Source: Hormiphora californensis
Taxonomy: Eukaryota > Animalia > Ctenophora
Assembly (NCBI GenBank): GCA_020137815.1
Contig: CM035350.1
Span: forward strand, 1,550,001 to 1,614,000
Direction of reading: 5' to 3'
Length of the DNA: 64,000 bases
Shown here: piece by piece, positions 50,357-64,000 of the stretch
Layout: the number at the start of each line of letters is the position of its first letter
How positions within the stretch are numbered: position 1 is the stretch's first letter
Position numbers and translations under genes: made by a program
Notes under the pieces: generated by a model
The model's database searches: none
Told to the model about the DNA's origin: nothing
Seen by the model: only the letters and a program-made list of their open reading frames with translations

Positions 50357-51923
50357 TCAGTCTATAAATTCCCCTGTAAAGGCTTTGAAGCGATATTCTT
50401 GGTTAAACCGTCTCATTTCCGAGTGAATAACGTTTGCCTGGAAATAATAACATGGTTACCAAAAACAACAAGAAGTAAAAACATTGAGTGCGTGCCAACT
50501 GCCATATTACGCAGGCGGTTATACTCGGCCCGGTTTGAGAATGAGAGCCGACAGACTGATAGCATGTCAAGGATATCTCACCTCTTTTAAATTTTCTGTA
50601 GCAGTGACTTTAGTACCAGTACTCTTGTCATTCTTATGGAATTCCCGGAGTTTTACCGCGTGTTCCCTGATTCTGTTCCTCAGAGCCTCCTCTTTAGAAC
50701 TCAGGGTAGTGGGCCTGTTGTTGACCACTGTGGCTGAACGTTTAGGTGCTTCAGGGACAGTCTGTACTCGTGCTGAAAGGGGGGGGGGGGTATTAGGGCT
50801 CTGTAATGGATCAGGAAAAGTGAAAGGGAAGAGGGGGAGGGATTTATTAAATTGTGACGCACTTTTCCTACGAAGATCAAGAACATGAGATCGTGCAAAA
50901 GGAAGTAAAAGAAGGGTGCTCTGCAGTGCTAGAATTCCGCTGCTAATTGCTACACAGTGCAGTCCTACACGCGAATCTCTGTAGCTCCAAAAGTTCCGCT
51001 TCCTTCCTCAGGATTATGTGGCACAACTGTTCCCTATCGATAGCAGATAGAGCAACCACCCCATACATTTCTCTCTTCTGTCTGTCCCTCAGTACCATCA
51101 GCTGAGTGCTGAGAAAAGACATTTTCTCCTCCAATGTCGGAGGGGTAGGGGGCTTCCGACCTCCATCCAACCTTTTAACGGGTTTCTCCCGGGACGTTCT
51201 AGAGAAAGCTGTACTGTGTTCAATGCAGTGTTCAATGAGAGAGTGAGGGGGATGTGTGTTATATGAGAGATAGATGGGGATACCCTACCTTTACTGGAGG
51301 GTGCCGTTGATAGCATCTGTTGTCTCCACTGCTTCAGAGCTTCCCGATCTCTGAGAGAAGAGGATGCAAAATGTTAGCGATTCAGGGCAGGGAGAGATAT
51401 GAATTCTCGGGCTCCCATGGGCTGCGAGATCAGAGTGGGTGAGTTGTGCGCGGAATCCTACTTGTACAGTTATGTCGGGGCGCGTTACTGCAAGTGCAAT
51501 CTGGGAGCCCGAGGAAGAGAAATGGGTTCTGGGAAGGAATGAGTTTATTGCAAGATACCAATCATGGTATAAATTAACAATGGTACCTCATTCTCTGTAT
51601 CATCATCTCAGTCCGACTATTCTCCTCCTGACGAATTGCAATCATCCTCTTTTCCTCATACTCTCGCATCGCCTGGGAGATCTGGACATGGGGCCGTGAG
51701 TTGGGTGTGAGTGTGATGTGTGATGAGTGTGGGTATGAGTGTTATGGGAGTGTGATAATAATGGCAGGATAAATCGTGGGAAATTCAATTTGCTACTTTA
51801 CCTTCTGTATGTAATGGTCAGAATGACTGACGCGAGATATTGCCGTGGCCGATTTAAACTTTTTACGGGTCTTTGGTAGTCTTGGCTGAGGAGATGTGAA
51901 AAGGATGTGTGAGAGAGAGGGGG

Positions 51924-52008
<85 letters not shown>

Positions 52009-54362
52009 GCACACACACAGTTTCCCTGACAACACACACAGTAACTACCAACTACCAACTACAGTACACATCAGCCAGTGTCATGGCCTGAGCGGAAGTA
52101 GTACCCCGCACTTTTAGTCATGAAAACTGGGCACCAACTACACACATGGTCCACCACACACACGTCTCAAAGAGGACACTCGCACATTACGTACTACGAC
52201 AGGACAACATCAAAGAAACAGCGAGCTGCTTGACAGACAGTTGACAAGCACTCAATCAGTGATGGGATCATGAGGCAACTTGTTGAGTAAGGGGTTACTC
52301 ACCCAACACAACATGACACAACATAACACAACAACAACAGCAGAGATCCCTCCCTACCTTTGAGGTTATAATGGTATCCCCAGTACTCCACTTCCTCTCT
52401 ACAGGTGTCCTAGTGACCAGTGTGGCTGATCTACAGAGGGAGAGGGCGGTGTTGGAGCCGGGAATCAAAATACGTGTCCTATTTCTCCAGCACCTATCAC
52501 TCAGTTTCACACTCGAGGATTTAGAAAACATATTTCTCGGTTCTTGTCTCACGCACTTTGACTTTGTCAGATCTTTCTAGCTCTCTTTCACACACACTTC
52601 TGATCTCACTCCCTCCACCACTCACTTATGTGACAAGGCTGTGACGGCTGCATCAGATTTACTTTTCCTTGTTATCACCCTCACTCTGGTTCTCTCCCTC
52701 TGCTGCTGCTCCTCCTCCCCCGACCCTGCAGCACACGTGCGGAGTGTTATACACGAGTACCAAGTCACGTGATCTATGTTGCATGAGAGGGTTTGTACAA
52801 GAAATATTCCTGTCTGGGTGGATGTTAAAACAAGTGTGACTCAGTCCAGAACAATGTACAATCACCACATAATACCAAACAGTTATAAAATATCAGATAA
52901 ATATATCGCTTTCATCTTCACATATCTCTCTCTCTCTCTCTCACGAGTTTCTTTGATGCCAACCGGCTCTCCATTGCTTTTCTCTCGAAAAAGACCGTGC
53001 GGTTACGAATGTAGGTCGAGGTGGTGCCTCTAACACCATCTCCCTACGTTTCAAACCACCCAGATCTATACTCTTGCTCCTGATATCCTTCGTGGAGCGC
53101 TTCGGTTTCAGAAGGGGAACAAACTCGAAGAGTCGGGTACTGCTCGACCTGATTGTGGGGCGCTTACGGTTCTGCACCGGAGAATCCCAGAGAATTGCTC
53201 CGGATCTTTTGGTCCACTGGTCCGGGGTCGGGGCGCCCCCTCCAAGTGCGGTCCTCGAACGGGCCGGCAGACGAGAAGAAATGGTGCGACAAAGGGGCGA
53301 GGGGGGCGCCCCGTGCCTCTCCCTCTGGTGGTACGATAGCTCCCACGCTCCTCCCCCTGGTGTCGGCCGAGGCCTGCTGTAATTGGTTAGATTGTGATTG
53401 GCATTGGCATGCTTCCTACCTAGGTAGCCATTGTCAGGTTGGTCTGTGACGCTCAAGTCAGCCAACTGGATCTCCAACTCTGGACAGGGGGAGGGGAGGG
53501 TGTTAGAAATATGGTGACCTGGAAAATAATATGACAGCTAGTAATAGGAAACACTGACCTGGTAAAAGTAAATTCTCATTTTGTAGCTCCTGTCTAAGGA
53601 ACTGTAAAATCTTCTGAGTCCCCTCCGTCAAGATGTTACCCGGGGGAAAGGAGAGAGGGTTGTCTGCTATGTTCAGACCCGTCAGCGTTGGAATGTTCCC
53701 TACCAAGAGAGAAGGGTGACTAGTAAACCTACTGTTTATCGCCGTGCTGGTGTCAAGTTACTAATTTATAATATGCACATAATTCAAAGATGTTATATCA
53801 CATACCAATTTCGATGGGTAACGTTTGAATTTTGTTTCCTTGTAGCAGGAGAGTCCTCAGCTCACTGTAATAGGATACATGTTAGATATTATTATAGGGT
53901 GACTGAACCAACATGATAAAATACATCGGCTGAGAAACAACAAACAGAAAGCACAGCTGGGGTTGGCCTTGCTGGGATATGTTACCGGTGGTCTCCAATA
54001 GCTGCTGGGATCCTCACAAGAAGATTGTGTCTAAAATCGAGCCACTTCAATTGTGGTAGGTGCTGGAAGAAGTTGTCAGGAATGGTCTTGATATCATTGT
54101 TGGAAAGGTAGAGGAACTGAAAATAAGTGCGTGTTTAGCATTGCCGTTCTACTTCTAGATGTGTCTGTAAAAAGGTGACTGTTATTCTGACTGTTGTTGT
54201 CGTTCTGTTTCGTGGTTATAATACCTCTATGTTGGTAAAATTCTTGATAGTTTTGGGGACTTCTTTGAGGTGTTTGTTGCTAACATCCAGTGTTATAGTG
54301 GTTATAATGGCATTCCTCTTGTCCTCATCCGTCAATATCTCGGTGTCTGGTGTCTCTGGCAT
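50357..54362 (-). CDS. Leucine-rich repeat protein, LRRC27-like, multi-exon
   Basis: FLYLSNNDIKTIPDNFFQHLPQLKWLDFRHNLL..IPAAIGDH, LRTLLLQGNKIQTLPIEIG, TGLNIADNPLSFPP..GTQKILQFLR. A low-complexity/coiled C-terminus ends ..YRFKAFTGEFID*. Confidence 0.7.
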
Positions 54363-54614
54363 CCCTCCAACAACTCTAGTACATGCTACACAGGGGGGGT
54401 ATTGGGCTGGACATGCAAACACAAGACACACTGGGGTTCTGTTATTTAGGTAGGGAGAGAAGGTATATAATACTGGGATACTGGGGAATAAAGCTACAAA
54501 GCTAGAAATGGGCTGATTGTTACTACCTGGGATTGGGAAAATATGGATGGTTGTAAAGCAAAGGACAATGTGTTCGGCGGCACACGTCTGACAACGCAGG
54601 GGGTGAGAGAGAGA

Positions 54615-54677
<63 letters not shown>

Positions 54678-55492
54678 GGAGAGAGAAATGAAGGAACGGA
54701 TCATATATATGCAGTGAGAAAAATTACAAAGAACAAAGCGATGTTGGTTGAGCTCAAACATCCTCCATTTCTCTCTCTCTCCCTCCTGTCTTAGGCTTTA
54801 GTAACCCTAGCAACCACTCACAAGTCTCTAAAGTTATACAGTTATCATAATCTATAGGCGATTAGATCTGGGTGTTCTCTCTTATTTGATATTTCGTTAC
54901 TCCCCCTCTCTCTTTTCTCTATATAACTCCCTCCAGAGCATCTGCCAGAGCATCTCCATTTTTCTCTCTCGGCTTACACATCTGGCACACTGTCAAGGGT
55001 TAAATGAGATAAAAAGATACCAGATCTCTGAAAATTGATAGTATTGAAGAGGCCACTAAAATAGGCCAGCTCTGAGAAACAACTAAACTGAAGAGAGCTA
55101 GTAATGGAGACGTGCAGGGCGGTAGTTGCAAAAAGGAAGGGGGCTGCACGCGAGAATGATATTGCTTCTATCTGCTCATCACATGTACAAAACACGATTT
55201 CAACAAAATGATCAAATACGCAAAAACATTGTCACATTGCACTATATCGTACTGCTTGAAATTTTAAATGCAGCATCATAATATCTCTGTTTATTTTAAG
55301 TGCTTGCGTCAACTAATGAACACTGTCTCTTTTAATACACGCATTATATTGTAAAGCACCATGTCAAACAAAATCAAACTTAAAACCATCCCTCACACAC
55401 AAAAAATATAAAACAATCGAGCTCTAGAACAAGAGCACAGAACAATAACCACTGTATATTGTTGTTGAAGTAGTTTGTCCCTACTTTTAAAG

Positions 55493-56639
55493 TTAGTACT
55501 TTTTCTTCTTGAACACTCCTTTTTGCCAGCAGATCACCAGAATAATGATGGTAAGGATGACAGTGACAGTGCCGACCAGCACAATCTTCATCTTCTGGTT
55601 CCGCCACCACATCCGTCTCTGTAGTTGTACCCCAGTTCTCTTGAACTGACTTGCCTGTTAGAAGAAGTTGTGTGAGATGGAGAGGGAGCTAGGGAGGGAA
55701 AAACAGAGAGATAGAGAGCGAGAGATAGAGAGTGTGACAGAGAGTGAGAGAGAGAGTGCACTCGAGTGATAGAAAAAACTAGATTGAACAGATTGTTGGG
55801 GGGGGGGGGGGGTGCGAGGGAGCAATTGTCACATATCGAATGCTACTCAGTTAACAAGGAGGAAGATTGTAAAAATCCAAGCATGCACGCTTACATTTGC
55901 ATCTAGCTCTGCCGTCCTCTCCTCAAGCCGAGATAACTTTTCTCCCTTCTCCATCACTTTTTCAATATTCTTTGCCATCACACCCCTCACCTCATCAACC
56001 TCACTGTGCAGATTAGCCATGGAGTCAACCTCTTGGGACTTGTTGTATTGGACCTGGGAGGGTGGTAATTGGTTAGGGTTTGAATACCGAATACAGGACA
56101 CTGGACAGCTAGTGCAGGTGTAGTATATCACTTACCAGCAAGGATGACAGAACGGGTGAGAAATCTCTGCGTAATTCGTATGGTTTTGCAGTCAGTGGCT
56201 CGCTGTGGTAGGGTCCCCGATTGAAACCTTTCACTGACCTGAAATATCAAGATAAATATGAAAACTAGGAATTTTTTGGCAACAAATCATTCAACTATCT
56301 GTAGAACAGACCTTTTCTAAGAAAGCAAAGCATATTCGAAGGGGGTAGTCTTGGTCGGCGATGGCCAGGAATGTAAATCCACCTTTTGTCAGAACCAAAT
56401 ATTTGTACCTAGAATACAAACATACGGATTATATGCAAATATGTATTAAAATGATACTATTAGAGGGTTACAATAAAGCATCACACTTACTGTTTAACAT
56501 TAAATGTGTGGCGACAAGGTTTACTACTGTCAGTTCGATCCAGGACTTGTTGGGTTGCTGCCTCAAAGTTTCCCACCACATCAGCGTGGTCCGCTAGTAC
56601 AGATGAGTTACACGCTACACACGTGTACAATAGAGGCAT
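55493..56639 (-). CDS. VAMP7: Longin R-SNARE VAMP7 (5 exons)
   Basis: Longin domain MPLLYTCVA..VLADHA..GNF...CFAFLEK; SNARE EVDEVRGVMAKNIEKVMEKGEKL; ASQFKR..LQRRMWWRNQKMKIV followed by a TM helix. The zero-layer residue appears to be K (EKGEKL). Confidence 0.9.
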
Positions 56640-56924
56640 TGCTAATGAGGTATAAAGTTAGAGGACCCAGAAAATTCACCAAAGGGGATGGGGAACGTCC
56701 CATAGTCCCCAGAGACGTCCCAGCTGAGGGATTATATGAGTCTTGAGATATACCGCCCGAAACACAATCTACTGCGAAATAGTGTGTCAGAATTGTCACT
56801 AAGTGTACCCCGAAAATCGAAATGCAACAGTACGGGCAGCGTATTTGAACAACAGGTGTTGTTCTGAGCAGGCTAAACCGGGTTTTTTTGCGGATGCGAG
56901 ATGAAGGACATGATTTTGCACAAC

Positions 56925-57075
56925 TAAAGTCCATTTTTTTTCAACTGTTCACCCAAAAACTGAAATTTGATAAAAAATTAGAATTTGGGTGGCGCGCGCT
57001 ACACGTTAACATGTGATAAACGCGCAAAACAATTCCGCGCACGACTTTGGGGGGTGAACAGTTGAAAAAAATGTA
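56925..57075. repeat. Copy of the palindromic module at ~6593-6745
   Basis: aaagtccattttttt..caactgttcaccc ... gcgcgctacacgttaacatgtgataaacgcgcaaaacaattccgcgcacgactttgggg..gtgaacagttgaaaaaaa is shared with 6593-6745. Confidence 0.85.
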
Positions 57076-57519
57076 GTATATTCTTGGCTGGCCGCTCCAA
57101 AACCTTCACCTCCACCCCGGTGAAGCCTCCAGACGTGGAGAATACCAAAGTGAGAGGCGTGAGGGTGCACTTTGCGCAAAAACTAAATTTTAAATTTTAA
57201 AAACTGTAAAAAAAATATAAAAACTGTTTTCGAATTTCGATCGCCGCGCGGCGTTTTTAACATTCAACTGCGCGCGAAATCTTTGCGCGTAACATTTTGT
57301 GACGTCATCTGGTTTGAATAATAACTTCAGTTCAGGCGAATTTTAACCCAACAAAAACGAAATGAAACAAACAACTTGAATCAATGGATTCTAAATGAAA
57401 CTATGAACAATATACACAATTACACACACACAGATTTACATATTCCACAAATAATAATATAATATATTTGTGCAAAAAGACACATAACACACCCAGCTTG
57501 TAAACGCCCCCACAATATA

Positions 57520-64000
<6,481 letters not shown>

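Overview
Eukaryotic, gene-dense animal genomic DNA with short GT-AG introns and many (CT/GA)n microsatellites. The style suggests a ctenophore-like or other small-genome invertebrate, but this is inference only. About 15 genes can be reconstructed by eye. In order: BIN3-like, GNB1L-like and a divergent TBK1/IKKe-like kinase (all minus); GGA and RAB5IF (plus); TENT4/PAPD5 (minus); Hippo/MST and a CXorf65/C22orf15-like gene (plus); an unknown gene and CutC (minus); CRYL1 and roadblock DYNLRB (plus); LRRC27-like, VAMP7 and BBS9 (minus), with an intronless carboxylesterase nested antisense in a BBS9 intron. Main observations: (1) a ~4-kb nearly spacerless foldback transposon with ~560-bp TIRs, mirrored 32-bp minisatellite arrays and a 5-bp ATTAA target duplication, sitting in an intron; (2) almost every start codon is directly preceded by a 3' splice acceptor, and same-strand genes lie as little as 77 nt apart, pointing to spliced-leader trans-splicing and operon-like clusters; (3) a modular repeat cluster with TTAGGG-bearing units, one module of which recurs in both head-to-head intergenic regions; (4) an intact ORF1-only LINE-derived unit. 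A ~3.3-kb stretch (~39.9-43.2 kb) looks like corrupted base-calls. All homologies are recognised from memory of family motifs, not from database searches.
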